Shown here: in pieces, positions 1 through 9,557 of the stretch
Position numbering within the stretch: position 1 is the stretch's first letter
Layout of the letters: each line of letters starts with the position of its first letter
From: a virus
Direction: 5' to 3' (one strand)
IMG/VR virus record: IMGVR_UViG_3300042569_001787
Coordinates: 1 to 64,000 of that record
DNA: 64,000 bases
Position numbers and translations under genes: made by a program
Notes under the pieces: generated by a model
What the model was told of the DNA's origin: nothing
The model's input: the letters and a program-made list of their open reading frames with translations, nothing else
Databases searched by the model: none

Positions 1-315
1 TCTATTCACGCACCAGAACACATCCAAAACTTGGCTAATGATATTGAACGTGGATTTTACAGCAGAGGCAGGCAAAACGAATTAGTTGAACAAATTAAAG
101 TAATAGACCCAACCGCTAGAATTATTTGGGGTAGTGTCAAAAGATTAGAAGAACAATTAGATGAATTAAAAAATAATCAGGCTTTGTTAAGTTTGGTTGA
201 TAATAGTGCGGTTCAGGAAAATAAAATTGAATTGACCAAAGAGCAAAAGTTGATGATTGAAATGAGTGAAGCTGACATTCAAAATGGTCGTACAATAGAT
301 TACAAAAACAATTAG
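1..315 (+). CDS. hypothetical protein, 5'-truncated by window edge
   Basis: Frame is open from base 1 (SIHAPEHIQNLAND...) to TAG at 315. Confidence 0.6.
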   Translation, partial: SIHAPEHIQNLANDIERGFYSRGRQNELVEQIKVIDPTARIIWGSVKRLEEQLDELKNNQALLSLVDNSAVQENKIELTKEQKLMIEMSEADIQNGRTIDYKNN

Positions 316-327
316 ATAAATTAGAAA

Positions 328-684
328 ATGAACAAGATTAAACAAAATAAAATACCAATGACATTAACAGAAGATGGTATATTAAAAATTGCTGTAGAAC
401 AAGGAGTAATTGAAAATGAATTCAATTGGAAATTAGTCCGTGAACATGATGGATTAACTAATCAATCAAAGGATATTATGTGGATTGAGTGGAATAAAGA
501 CGGTACCTTTAAAGAAAAACATGACTCATTTGCGATTGGTCGTTCATTACTTATGTCGCCGTTTACTCAATTTTTTACTTGGCAAACAACCCCAATTACA
601 AAGATAGTTGCCGCAACTGCCGACGTATTTTATCTTAAGTTTGAAACAGAAAATAGTGTTTATACATTAATTAAATTAAAATGA
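328..684 (+). CDS. hypothetical phage protein
   Basis: 118-aa ORF, tightly packed, overlaps next start. Confidence 0.7.
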   Translation: MNKIKQNKIPMTLTEDGILKIAVEQGVIENEFNWKLVREHDGLTNQSKDIMWIEWNKDGTFKEKHDSFAIGRSLLMSPFTQFFTWQTTPITKIVAATADVFYLKFETENSVYTLIKLK

Positions 685-1058
685 AACTAGAAGTATTTAC
701 AGAAATTCTTAATAAACTTAAGAAACAATCAGACAAGCATGATGTCTTATATGAATTAGATATAGACCTTGTTAATTTCTCAGATAATTATACCACAGTA
801 ATAGAGATTTTATTACAAGTTTACTATGGTAAAGAAGGTGCAGATTGGATTAGTTGGTATATGTGGGAGAGAGACCCTGTTGGAACAATTGACCAAGCAA
901 CTACTAATGACGGAAAGCCTATTTGTTATGATGTCAAGTCATTATGGGAAGAGGTTGAGCAGTGTAGGTTGGACAACAAAGATGAGTATAAGCTACCAAA
1001 AAAGATGTCAGATGAAGAGAGGTTGCAAGTACTAACAATGATAAAAAGTGCATTGTGA
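681..1058 (+). CDS. hypothetical phage protein
   Basis: 125-aa ORF with 4-nt overlaps on both sides. Confidence 0.7.
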   Translation: MKLEVFTEILNKLKKQSDKHDVLYELDIDLVNFSDNYTTVIEILLQVYYGKEGADWISWYMWERDPVGTIDQATTNDGKPICYDVKSLWEEVEQCRLDNKDEYKLPKKMSDEERLQVLTMIKSAL

Positions 1059-1333
1059 AACAGACAGCAGTAGAATGGTTGATAGATGAATCCATGAAAT
1101 TAGTAGCTCAAGCTATGACAGGAACATTAAATGAAGATACAATTGAAGATGATGTTTATAGAATAGTAACTAAATCAAAAGAAATAGAAAGTAAACAACT
1201 ATTCTTAGCGTCTAATCAATCAGCAAAAGAAGCCTATAAATCGGGACAAAAAACAATGAACTGTGGATGCTATGAAATTTCAGATGCAACTACTTATGAA
1301 GAATGGTTATATGAACAATTTAAAGAACAATAA
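1055..1333 (+). CDS. hypothetical protein (MKQTAVEWL-type small phage protein)
   Basis: GTG start overlapping upstream stop; N-terminus typical of small Bacteroidota phage ORFs. Confidence 0.7.
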   Translation: MKQTAVEWLIDESMKLVAQAMTGTLNEDTIEDDVYRIVTKSKEIESKQLFLASNQSAKEAYKSGQKTMNCGCYEISDATTYEEWLYEQFKEQ

Positions 1334-1335
1334 AA

Positions 1336-1575
1336 ATGGGAAAAATAATATTAGAGTTTGACTCTATTGAAGAACAAAATGATGCAAGAACGGCATTAGA
1401 TGGTATTAAATGGAAATTAGCCATGTGGGATTTAGACCAATTACTTCGAAGTGTAACAAAATACGGCACTTTTGATGGAAGAGAAGCTACTGGAACAGAA
1501 CAAGACATGGCTTATAAGGTAAGAGACTCTATCAGAGATATATTAAATGAATCCAATTTAAACTTAGATGATTAA
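1336..1575 (+). CDS. hypothetical phage protein
   Basis: 79-aa ORF in operon. Confidence 0.7.
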   Translation: MGKIILEFDSIEEQNDARTALDGIKWKLAMWDLDQLLRSVTKYGTFDGREATGTEQDMAYKVRDSIRDILNESNLNLDD

Positions 1576-1594
1576 TAAAAGAATAATACTTGTT

Positions 1595-2458
1595 TTAAGT
1601 AATATCTTTAACGTCAAATTTTTCAACTGCCGCAATTGCGTCTGACCTATGACGACTAGCCCCTCCGCCAGAATTTATATCGGCAAAATGAGTTGCCGCC
1701 TCAGTTTTATTTTTAAATTTAGGAAATGCATTACCTGATTTACCTTTAGTAAAAAATGCAACCGCAATTTCCGCAGCAACTGTTGGGTCGTTAACTAAGT
1801 CAGGATTTCCCACTAAGTTTTTACCAATCATATTACCATATTTTTCGTAATTTTTTTTACCTGTTAGTTGGTTAAATCCTCTACCTCGGTATTTCCATCC
1901 ATCACCACCACCTTGGTTTCCAACTGTCTTTGCGTACACTACGTTAAAGAATTTTTCAGGGTTTTTTTTAAGAGAGTCCATTTCACTGTCTGAGTATTTT
2001 GAAACTCTAGACCCAAAAATTTTTCTAATTCTTGAATTTGATGTGTTGGCGTAAGATACTTCAGATTTTGGTCTAAAATTTGATTCTTTAGATATTACAG
2101 ATAAAGCTCCAATTTGGGTTAATGGGTCTTTGATTCCTGATTTATTCATGTATTTAATCATTAACTCAATATTAGCTTTCTGTGTTGAGTCAAAATTACC
2201 TTTTAAAACAACTTTACCTGTATTACCCGTTGGTTTTGAGTCGTCACTTGTTGGTTTTGAATCATCACTTGTTGGTTTTGAATCATTGTCAACACTATTA
2301 GTTGATGATGGGTTATTAGTGTTAGAGGAGTTTAATTTACCTTCAACACCAGCTAATGCTGCTTTAATCATTTTTGTAACAAAGTCATCTTCTTCAAATA
2401 AATTATATAGAGACCTAATTTCTCTTTTTTCGGATTCGTTAATAATCAATTTTTTCAT
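1595..2458 (-). CDS. GH19/lysozyme-like peptidoglycan hydrolase with N-terminal IINE tag and DDSKPTS repeat linker
   Basis: GDGWKYRGRGFNQLTGKKNY GH19 motif; KES catalytic Glu region. Confidence 0.8.
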   Translation of the reverse strand: MKKLIINESEKREIRSLYNLFEEDDFVTKMIKAALAGVEGKLNSSNTNNPSSTNSVDNDSKPTSDDSKPTSDDSKPTGNTGKVVLKGNFDSTQKANIELMIKYMNKSGIKDPLTQIGALSVISKESNFRPKSEVSYANTSNSRIRKIFGSRVSKYSDSEMDSLKKNPEKFFNVVYAKTVGNQGGGDGWKYRGRGFNQLTGKKNYEKYGNMIGKNLVGNPDLVNDPTVAAEIAVAFFTKGKSGNAFPKFKNKTEAATHFADINSGGGASRHRSDAIAAVEKFDVKDIT

Positions 2459-2531
2459 TTAATAAAAATATATCTATAAATACTTTGTTATTAAGAATAA
2501 GTTATTATTTTTTTTAGAGTATTTATTATCA

Positions 2532-2921
2532 ATGAGAGTAACTATTAAACATATTAATTCAGAAATACCAAAAGACGAGTATACTTTATTTAATAATTTT
2601 ATAAAATTTATTCAGAAAGAATTTCCATTAAAAAGTGATATTACTGTATTATTTTTAGGTGAACGAAAAGGAGATATGACCACTGGTAGTAGAACCAATA
2701 ATAATGAATTAAAAATCCTTTCTAAAGGTAGAATTAATCGAGATATCTTAAGAACTTTGGCTCATGAATGGATTCATGAACACCAAAGAACTATTCTTAA
2801 GAGAGACCAAGGGCCTAATATTGGAGGTAAAAATGAAAACGAGGCCAACTCTGGTGCCGGTATCTTAATTAAAAAATTTGAAAAATTGTTTCCTGACACT
2901 GAAGTACAACTCTATCAGTAA
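2532..2921 (+). CDS. HExxH zinc metallopeptidase-like protein
   Basis: LAHEWIHEHQ...ENEAN. Confidence 0.6.
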   Translation: MRVTIKHINSEIPKDEYTLFNNFIKFIQKEFPLKSDITVLFLGERKGDMTTGSRTNNNELKILSKGRINRDILRTLAHEWIHEHQRTILKRDQGPNIGGKNENEANSGAGILIKKFEKLFPDTEVQLYQ

Positions 2922-2996
2922 TTAATTTTTCGATAAGTAATTCTAATTTTTTTGGTTATTAACAAACTTATTAACAAAAAAATAGTTAGTACCTCC

Positions 2997-3422
2997 TTAA
3001 GAGATACCAACTACTTCTAAGTCAAAAATTAATTTTTTACCTGCTAATGGGTGATTAGCGTCAAGAACAACTACGTCTTCCTTAATTTCGGTTACCTTTA
3101 CATTAACAGGTCCCATAGGCCCCATACCTTGTAGCATTTCACCTTCTTTAACACCTTCAGGTACGTTTGTTATTGGAATTTCCGATATCAATGCAGGGTT
3201 AAAATCCCCATAAGCATCTACAGATTCAATCTCGACGGTTTTAGTCTCACCTTCAGACATGTTAATTAATCCAGCTTCAAAACCTTTAATTAACTGTCCC
3301 TCTCCTAAAACAGTTTCCAATGGTTCGCGACCTTCAACCAAGGAAGAATCAAATACTGTTCCATCCTCTAATTTTCCTGTGTAGTGAACTTTTACAGTAT
3401 CACCATTTTGAATTTTTCTCAT
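2997..3422 (-). CDS. FKBP-type peptidyl-prolyl isomerase (SlyD/FkpB-like)
   Basis: VKVHYTGKLEDGTVFDSS...DANHPLAGKKLIFDLEV. Confidence 0.95.
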   Translation of the reverse strand: MRKIQNGDTVKVHYTGKLEDGTVFDSSLVEGREPLETVLGEGQLIKGFEAGLINMSEGETKTVEIESVDAYGDFNPALISEIPITNVPEGVKEGEMLQGMGPMGPVNVKVTEIKEDVVVLDANHPLAGKKLIFDLEVVGIS

Positions 3423-3543
3423 AATTTATTTTATTTTTAATAAATGTAAGTCTAACAAGCCAAATAATCAAATATTTTTTTGATTTAAAAAATAATATAA
3501 GTTATATTTATTAAAAATAACCCCCCGTAAACCCCTAAGTGAT

Positions 3544-3738
3544 ATGTTAAATGAAGAATTAGTAGAAGAAATGTATTGGTTGGCACATAACTCAAATGTT
3601 TTTGATGAATTTGGTAAAAAAATAATTAACGAATTAAATAAATATCCAAAATTACATAGATATGAGATTGTTGAGCAAGTATTTAATGATTTTGTTAAGG
3701 ATGGTGCAATTATCGTACCCCCTATTGAGTTCATATAA
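3544..3738 (+). CDS. hypothetical protein
   Basis: 64-aa ORF with phage-like composition. Confidence 0.5.
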   Translation: MLNEELVEEMYWLAHNSNVFDEFGKKIINELNKYPKLHRYEIVEQVFNDFVKDGAIIVPPIEFI

Positions 3739-4000
3739 CATCAATAGATGACACTATCGATATATTCTGTTTGATTCCCATAAATTTCCATGACTCTTCA
3801 GTTAATAGGTTAAGTCCATCAGGATAAACTCCTTCGGTTAATTCAATACTATTAATGAATAATTTACAATCAACCACAAAAGTGTGATTATTGGTTGAGT
3901 ACTTTACGTAGTTTACTATGACATAACTGCCCACACCAAAAAGTAGTTCCAAATCAGATTTAAAAATCTTATTTAATAAAATTTCGAGACATTTTTTCAT
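3731..4000 (-). CDS. hypothetical protein
   Basis: 89-aa ORF; TATTTAA motif just upstream on minus strand. Confidence 0.6.
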   Translation of the reverse strand: MKKCLEILLNKIFKSDLELLFGVGSYVIVNYVKYSTNNHTFVVDCKLFINSIELTEGVYPDGLNLLTEESWKFMGIKQNISIVSSIDVI

Positions 4001-4086
4001 AACTTAAATATATGTGGGTTAAATAATAAATCAATTTATAATTTGACATATAATCTTAAATCATGTATATTTAAATAAAAAAAATT

Positions 4087-4332
4087 ATGTATTTAAATGT
4101 TATATTAACAATCTTAGTAATCGTCTTAATAGTTATTTGGATTACAGTTTATTTATGGTGGAAACAAGTTGGAGTCAAACTATCTAAAATAATAGGCACA
4201 TTCAAACAGGGTCTCCCAATGAATACACATGGTGATGGCGTCACACCACAACAAAACGTTATGCCTGACTTAAAAAACTCAATTGGTGAGTTTAGAAAAG
4301 CGATGGACATGTTAAATAAAATGAAAAAATAA
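4087..4332 (+). CDS. small single-pass membrane protein
   Basis: N-terminal hydrophobic helix. Confidence 0.65.
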   Translation: MYLNVILTILVIVLIVIWITVYLWWKQVGVKLSKIIGTFKQGLPMNTHGDGVTPQQNVMPDLKNSIGEFRKAMDMLNKMKK

Positions 4333-4370
4333 GTAATGATTTAATTATTTATGGTATCTTTACAAAAATA

Positions 4371-4598
4371 ATGTCTATGGAAGTTTTAAAATTTGAAGGG
4401 GAATACGGTTGGGTTATCAAAGTATTAGAGTCTTGCGAAAACATTGAACAACTTATTGTTAGTCAAAATGTATTTAATAATTTTATTAAGAAATGGGATA
4501 AAAATATCTCTAATGAACAAAAACTGCGTCTCAATAATAGTTTTAACAAATTAAAATGGTTACAAACTTCTAAACTTAAAAAAAAAGTGGTTAATTAG
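4371..4598 (+). CDS. hypothetical protein
   Basis: 75-aa ORF. Confidence 0.55.
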   Translation: MSMEVLKFEGEYGWVIKVLESCENIEQLIVSQNVFNNFIKKWDKNISNEQKLRLNNSFNKLKWLQTSKLKKKVVN

Positions 4599-4681
4599 AC
4601 CTGTAGAGTTGATTTTTTTAAAATAACACGTATTTATTAACACTATCACTCTCATCACGAGAGCCTCTATATATAAAAAAG

Positions 4682-4708
4682 AAGGGTCCTATTTGGGACC
4701 CTTTTTTT
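4682..4708 (+). terminator. intrinsic terminator
   Basis: AAGGGTCC-tattt-GGGACCCTT hairpin followed by T-run. Confidence 0.8.
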
Positions 4709-4764
4709 ATTTCAATTAAATAGTATTTATATGTGATTAATAAACAAATTAAAATTTAAAAGAA

Positions 4765-4893
4765 ATGGCTAAAACAAAAGCATCAACAGACTCAATTAAA
4801 CAAACTTTTGGTAAAAAAAAAGGTGGTAAACACAAAAGAAAATTTGGGCCTAAAGGAAAAAAACCAAAATCTTACCGAGGACAAGGTCGTTAA
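4765..4893 (+). CDS. 42-aa basic protein ending in YRGQGR (not in ORF track)
   Basis: MAKTKASTDSIKQTFGKKKGGKHKRKFGPKGKKPKSYRGQGR; TATTTAT motif upstream. Confidence 0.75.
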   Translation: MAKTKASTDSIKQTFGKKKGGKHKRKFGPKGKKPKSYRGQGR

Positions 4894-4940
4894 TTGTAAG
4901 TACAAAAGAAAAAATGTAAATATTTATATAGAAAAACACT

Positions 4941-5204
4941 ATGAAAAAAATTATTAATTGGGTTTCAGGGTTATTTAAAGACGAATCAGGTTCACCATCC
5001 TCAAAAAGATTTGTTGGTATTATTGCGGGGTTATCTTTATGTGTTACATTATATGTAAATAGTTACACTCATGGAGACATTAAACCATCAGACACATTAG
5101 TTAACGCGGTGGCGTTACTTGCATTTGGTTGTCTTGGTTTATCATCTGTAGATAAATTTACCTCATTAAAAAAGAATATTAAAGACGCAAATAAAGAAGA
5201 GTAA
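4941..5204 (+). CDS. 2-TM holin-like membrane protein
   Basis: SSKRF followed by two TM helices and charged C-tail. Confidence 0.55.
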   Translation: MKKIINWVSGLFKDESGSPSSKRFVGIIAGLSLCVTLYVNSYTHGDIKPSDTLVNAVALLAFGCLGLSSVDKFTSLKKNIKDANKEE

Positions 5205-5263
5205 ATTTGTTCTTATTTTAATATGGGTAGGAGGGAGATTTTCCTTACTCTGTAGGGTTTATA

Positions 5264-5293
5264 AAAAAATCCCGATTGTGTAGTCGGGATTTT
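5264..5293. terminator. bidirectional terminator between convergent genes
   Basis: AAAAATCCCGA...TCGGGATTTT. Confidence 0.75.
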
Positions 5294-5319
5294 AAAACTT
5301 TAAAAAAGAATTTAGTTAT

Positions 5320-7188
5320 TTAAGACTTAGTTTCTTCAAATTCAACATCAGACGCGTCCATTGCACCGTCATTATTCTCTTGATTTACGCTTTCATATAA
5401 ATCCTGACTAATCTTTTGAAACTTCTGAGTTAACTCTTCCATGATTTGTTTGACTGAGTCAATTTCTTTTTTACCGTGAGCGTCTTTTAACTTAGTAATG
5501 CCTGTGGTAATCTCAGTTTTATCTTCTTCAGATATTTTATCACCTAAATCTTCTAATGATTTATTCATTTGGAAAATAGTACTGTCTGCAGAATTTAAAG
5601 TATCGACATCTTCTTTTATTTTTTTATCTGATTCCGCATTTTCTTCCGCTTCAAGTTTCATTTTTTCAATATCTTCTTTGGATAAACCTGAAGACGACTC
5701 AATTCTTATAGATTGTTTTTTACTTGTTGCCTTATCAACCGCAGATACATTTATAATACCGTTCGCATCAATATCAAAGATAACTTCGATTTGAGGAATA
5801 CCTCTCATTGATGGTGGTAACCCATCTAAATGGAATCTACCAATAGTCCGATTATCTTTTGACATTGCCCGTTCACCTTGTAATACGTGAATTTCTACAG
5901 TTGGTTGGTTATCTACCGCAGTTGAGAATACCTGTGATTTTTTGGTTGGTATGGTTGTGTTAGACTCAATTAATTTTGTAAAAATTCCTCCCATGGTTTC
6001 GATACCTAATGACAATGGAGTAACATCTAATAGTAATACATCTTTAACATCACCAGCCAATACACCACCTTGAATTGCGGCACCTAAAGCGACAACCTCA
6101 TCAGGGTTAACTCCTTTTGAAGGTTCTTTACCAAAGAATTCTTTAACCGCGTTTTGAATTGCGGGAATACGGGTAGAACCACCAACCAAAATTATTTCAT
6201 CAATTTCACCGATAGTAATGTTTGCATTTGACATTGCGGTTATGCAAGGTTTGATTGTTCGTTTAATTAATGAATCCGCCAATTGTTCAAATTTGGCACG
6301 AGATAAAGAAGTTACTAAGTGTTTAGGGCCTGTTGAGTCGGCACTTAAATACGGTAAGTTAATTTCTGTCTGAAGTGACGACGATAACTCAACTTTTGCT
6401 TTTTCCGCAGCTTCACGTAAACGTTGTAACGCCATAGAATCTTTAGTGACATCAAGACCGTCAGTTGATTTTTTAAATTCATCGACCATAAAATCAACAA
6501 TCACTTGGTCAAAGTCATCTCCACCTAAGTGAGTGTCACCATCGGTTGACAACACTTCAAATACACCACCACCTAATTCAAGTATTGATACGTCATGTGT
6601 ACCACCACCACAGTCAAATACAACAATTTTCATATCTTTAGACATTTTGTCTAAACCATATGCTAATGCTGCTGCGGTAGGTTCGTTAATAATACGTTTA
6701 ACCGTTAGACCTGCAATTTCACCAGCTTCTTTGGTTGCTTGACGTTGTGCGTCATTAAAATACGCGGGTACCGTAATAACCGCTTCTGTAACACTCTCAC
6801 CTAAATAATCTTCGGCAGTTTGTTTCATTTTTTGTAAAACAACTGCAGAAATCTCTTGTGGAGAGTAATTTCTATCATCAATACTCACTCTAGGAACGTT
6901 CCCGTCTCCTTTTACGATTGAATACGGGACTTTAGACAATTCTTTTTTAACCTCGTCATAACTTGTCCCCATGAAACGTTTAATTGATGAAATTGTTTTG
7001 GTCGGGTTTGTAACCGCCTGTCTTTTTGCTGGGTCACCAATTTTTCTTTCTCCGCCATTAATAAATGCCACTATTGAGGGTGTGGTTCTTTTCCCTTCAC
7101 TGTTTGTAATCACAACAGGTTCGCCATTCTCCATGACTGCCACACATGAATTTGTGGTCCCTAAATCTACTCCAATAATTTTTCCCAT
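5320..7188 (-). CDS. dnaK: Hsp70 chaperone DnaK
   Basis: [31 protein letters not shown] motifs; 622 aa. Confidence 0.98.
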   Translation of the reverse strand: MGKIIGVDLGTTNSCVAVMENGEPVVITNSEGKRTTPSIVAFINGGERKIGDPAKRQAVTNPTKTISSIKRFMGTSYDEVKKELSKVPYSIVKGDGNVPRVSIDDRNYSPQEISAVVLQKMKQTAEDYLGESVTEAVITVPAYFNDAQRQATKEAGEIAGLTVKRIINEPTAAALAYGLDKMSKDMKIVVFDCGGGTHDVSILELGGGVFEVLSTDGDTHLGGDDFDQVIVDFMVDEFKKSTDGLDVTKDSMALQRLREAAEKAKVELSSSLQTEINLPYLSADSTGPKHLVTSLSRAKFEQLADSLIKRTIKPCITAMSNANITIGEIDEIILVGGSTRIPAIQNAVKEFFGKEPSKGVNPDEVVALGAAIQGGVLAGDVKDVLLLDVTPLSLGIETMGGIFTKLIESNTTIPTKKSQVFSTAVDNQPTVEIHVLQGERAMSKDNRTIGRFHLDGLPPSMRGIPQIEVIFDIDANGIINVSAVDKATSKKQSIRIESSSGLSKEDIEKMKLEAEENAESDKKIKEDVDTLNSADSTIFQMNKSLEDLGDKISEEDKTEITTGITKLKDAHGKKEIDSVKQIMEELTQKFQKISQDLYESVNQENNDGAMDASDVEFEETKS

Positions 7189-7277
7189 AGTTAAATAATG
7201 TTTTGTGTAATAATATATAATAAAATTTATAGAGTCAAGCTCCTAAATAAAATCTTAAATAATTGTGCCAAAACAAA

Positions 7278-7300
7278 AAAACTGACAATTTGTCAGTTTT
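7278..7300. promoter_or_regulatory. perfect inverted repeat (candidate operator) between divergent dnaK and AsnRS-like gene
   Basis: AAAACTGACAA-T-TTGTCAGTTTT. Confidence 0.55.
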
Positions 7301-7376
7301 ATGACAAATAAAAATAAATACGTAAAAAAATAGTAATTATTTTACTTTTATTATTTTAAGAATATATTTATTTTTA

Positions 7377-7457
7377 ATGAAACAAAACGGGCCAAACCGA
7401 AACTGTGAAAACAATATAATAAAAGGTATCACCTTTAATAATCCCATCATTTATTGA
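7377..7457 (+). CDS. putative Asn-rich leader peptide (26 aa)
   Basis: MKQNGPNRNCENNIIKGITFNNPIIY; 7 Asn; stop lies within terminator hairpin. Confidence 0.45.
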   Translation: MKQNGPNRNCENNIIKGITFNNPIIY

Positions 7458-7470
7458 TGGGATTTTTTTT
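7440..7470 (+). terminator. leader terminator (attenuator-like)
   Basis: AATCCCATCA-tttat-TGATGGGATT-T run, ~40 nt upstream of ATG 7512. Confidence 0.75.
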
Positions 7471-7511
7471 GCCCATATGTGAAAAATAAATAAAAATAAA
7501 TAAAACAAAAA

Positions 7512-8339
7512 ATGAAAGACACAAAAACTTACAATGAACTAGTACAAAAGATGAGAGGATTTTTCCTTGATAAAGGATTTATAGAGGTACCAACACAATC
7601 AAGGTTATCAATATTGGCGGCATGTGAAAACCCACATTCAATCGCAACTTTTAACTATAATGGAGAAGTTTGGCCATTACCACAGACGGGCCAGATGTGG
7701 TTAGAATATGAGTTACTTAAAAATCCCGAATGGAACGGAGTGTTCTGTATATCAACTTCGTATAGACAGGAAAAAAATCCTATCCCTGGTAGACACGAAC
7801 TAATATTCCCAATGTTTGAATTTGAGTCTAAAGGTGTTATGGAAGATATGGTAAAACTTGAATTGGAACTTTTAAATTATTTAGGTTTTGATAAACCTGT
7901 AGAAGTTAATTATGATGATGTGTGTGAAGAATACGGAGGGATTCCAATTTTAGAAGATGAACATGAATCAAGAATGTGGAAAGAAAAAAGTTCAGTTATC
8001 TCACTTCAGAATTTTCCATTGAGGACAAATCCATTTTGGAATATGAAACATAATGAAAATAGTATTTTTAATAAAGTTGATGTGATACTTTACGGACAAG
8101 AGACTATTGGAAGTGCTGAAAGAAGTTGTGACCCTGAAGAGATGAGACATAACTTTTATACTATTGAACGTGGCGGTTATTCCGCCAAGTTGTTTGAACT
8201 ATTTGGAAGAGACAGAGTTGAGTCAGAACTTAATGAGTTCCTATCATTTAATTTTTTTCCAAGGTTTGGTGGTGGCATTGGTATGACAAGATTGTCAAGA
8301 GCGTGGAATTTAAATCAAGTTAATTTGGCGATTATTTAA
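7512..8339 (+). CDS. class II aaRS catalytic-domain protein without anticodon domain (AsnRS-like, probably archaeal-type asparagine synthetase)
   Basis: GFIEVPT motif 1, SYRQE...RH...F.MFEFE motif 2, GGGIGMTRL motif 3; only 275 aa. Confidence 0.75.
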   Translation: MKDTKTYNELVQKMRGFFLDKGFIEVPTQSRLSILAACENPHSIATFNYNGEVWPLPQTGQMWLEYELLKNPEWNGVFCISTSYRQEKNPIPGRHELIFPMFEFESKGVMEDMVKLELELLNYLGFDKPVEVNYDDVCEEYGGIPILEDEHESRMWKEKSSVISLQNFPLRTNPFWNMKHNENSIFNKVDVILYGQETIGSAERSCDPEEMRHNFYTIERGGYSAKLFELFGRDRVESELNEFLSFNFFPRFGGGIGMTRLSRAWNLNQVNLAII

Positions 8340-8359
8340 AAATTTTGTATCTTTACTGT

Positions 8360-8554
8360 ATGATTAAGAAATCAATAAATAAAAACGAAATTGAATATAA
8401 AAAATGGGAACGTGTCTACGAAGATGAAGATACGATTAGTATTTGGAAATACAATTCAAAAATAAGTATGATTAACCCTTATGAGGTTGAGATAAAATAT
8501 AAAAAACCGCCAGTTACTAATGGCGTTAAGAGAACAAAACTAAGTGGGTTATAA
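8360..8554 (+). CDS. hypothetical protein (start revised to ATG 8360)
   Basis: ATG 4 nt after TATCTTTA promoter-like element. Confidence 0.55.
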   Translation: MIKKSINKNEIEYKKWERVYEDEDTISIWKYNSKISMINPYEVEIKYKKPPVTNGVKRTKLSGL

Positions 8555-8583
8555 TATAATCCACTTTTTTTATATTTATTAAT

Positions 8584-9009
8584 ATGAAACTATTAAACAT
8601 TATTAAGGAAAGTGTTAATAAAAAATTAATGTTAAACGCATTAAAAGATATGGGGTTTAATTATGAGGATTCTCAATTTGAGTTGGGTAGTTTAGTTAAA
8701 TATGTTGAAAATTTACCTAACCCTGTAAAATTATATCGAATAGTTGTAATTGATGATGAAAATAATGTCAACACAACTTACCCTGGTTCTCATTACTCAA
8801 CAAGTCAAAAAGATTTAGTGGGTTCACATTCTTACTTAACCGGATATGGTGACAAATATTTTATAATGACGGTAATTGCCAACAAAGAATTAATTGACGT
8901 TAATAGTACCATTCATAACAATATCCTGTATCCGAATGAGAATGAAGTTACATTAAAAAATAGAGGTAAGGGGGTTGAAATCCTGAGTATTAAAAAATTA
9001 AAAGTTTAA
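8584..9009 (+). CDS. putative ADP-ribosyltransferase-fold protein
   Basis: KLYR...SHYSTS...ENEV pattern (R-S-ExE); N-terminal IIKES tag. Confidence 0.45.
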   Translation: MKLLNIIKESVNKKLMLNALKDMGFNYEDSQFELGSLVKYVENLPNPVKLYRIVVIDDENNVNTTYPGSHYSTSQKDLVGSHSYLTGYGDKYFIMTVIANKELIDVNSTIHNNILYPNENEVTLKNRGKGVEILSIKKLKV

Positions 9010-9017
9010 TCTAAACT

Positions 9018-9461
9018 TTAGTAATATTTTATTTTATTTTTTGCGTTCTGAATTAACCAAGGCTCAACATTTGGAATTTTATCCAAAAAATTTAATTCAT
9101 ATCGATAACAAACAATCTCTTCATCATTTGGCGGTAGAGAGCAATTATGTTTTAAGAAAAACAAATGTTTTGATTCATGGACTAATATCGCGGCAATATT
9201 ATTTATTGAGTTAAAATTCATATCCTTTTGAGATATCATAATGGTCTTAGAATCTTCTGTTGTCGAAAACCCACCATTCCAAAAAGATATATGATTACAA
9301 ACCTCGATTAAGGTCAAATACTTTTCTGAGTCAGTACTTTTTATTAAAAGTAATGCTTCAGTAACCTTATATTTCCAATTATCCCCAACATCCTCAATCT
9401 TAATTTGTGCGGTAGATTCTAACGTACAAAAAAACAATATTATTAATAAAAGGTATTTCAT
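9018..9461 (-). CDS. secreted HExxH metallopeptidase-like protein
   Basis: Signal peptide ending STA-Q; ILVHESKH...EE. Confidence 0.65.
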   Translation of the reverse strand: MKYLLLIILFFCTLESTAQIKIEDVGDNWKYKVTEALLLIKSTDSEKYLTLIEVCNHISFWNGGFSTTEDSKTIMISQKDMNFNSINNIAAILVHESKHLFFLKHNCSLPPNDEEIVCYRYELNFLDKIPNVEPWLIQNAKNKIKYY

Positions 9462-9557
9462 AGTTTTTTTTAATAATAAATAGTAAAAATACGGTCGATA
9501 TTATAAACAAAGAATATTTATTGTCAAGAGTGAAATAAATAAACTAAAAAAATAAGT

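Noticed and set aside
7512-8339. Functional Asn/Asp-tRNA ligase
   Set aside because: Lacks the N-terminal OB-fold anticodon-binding domain; an EpmA-like role is not fully excluded
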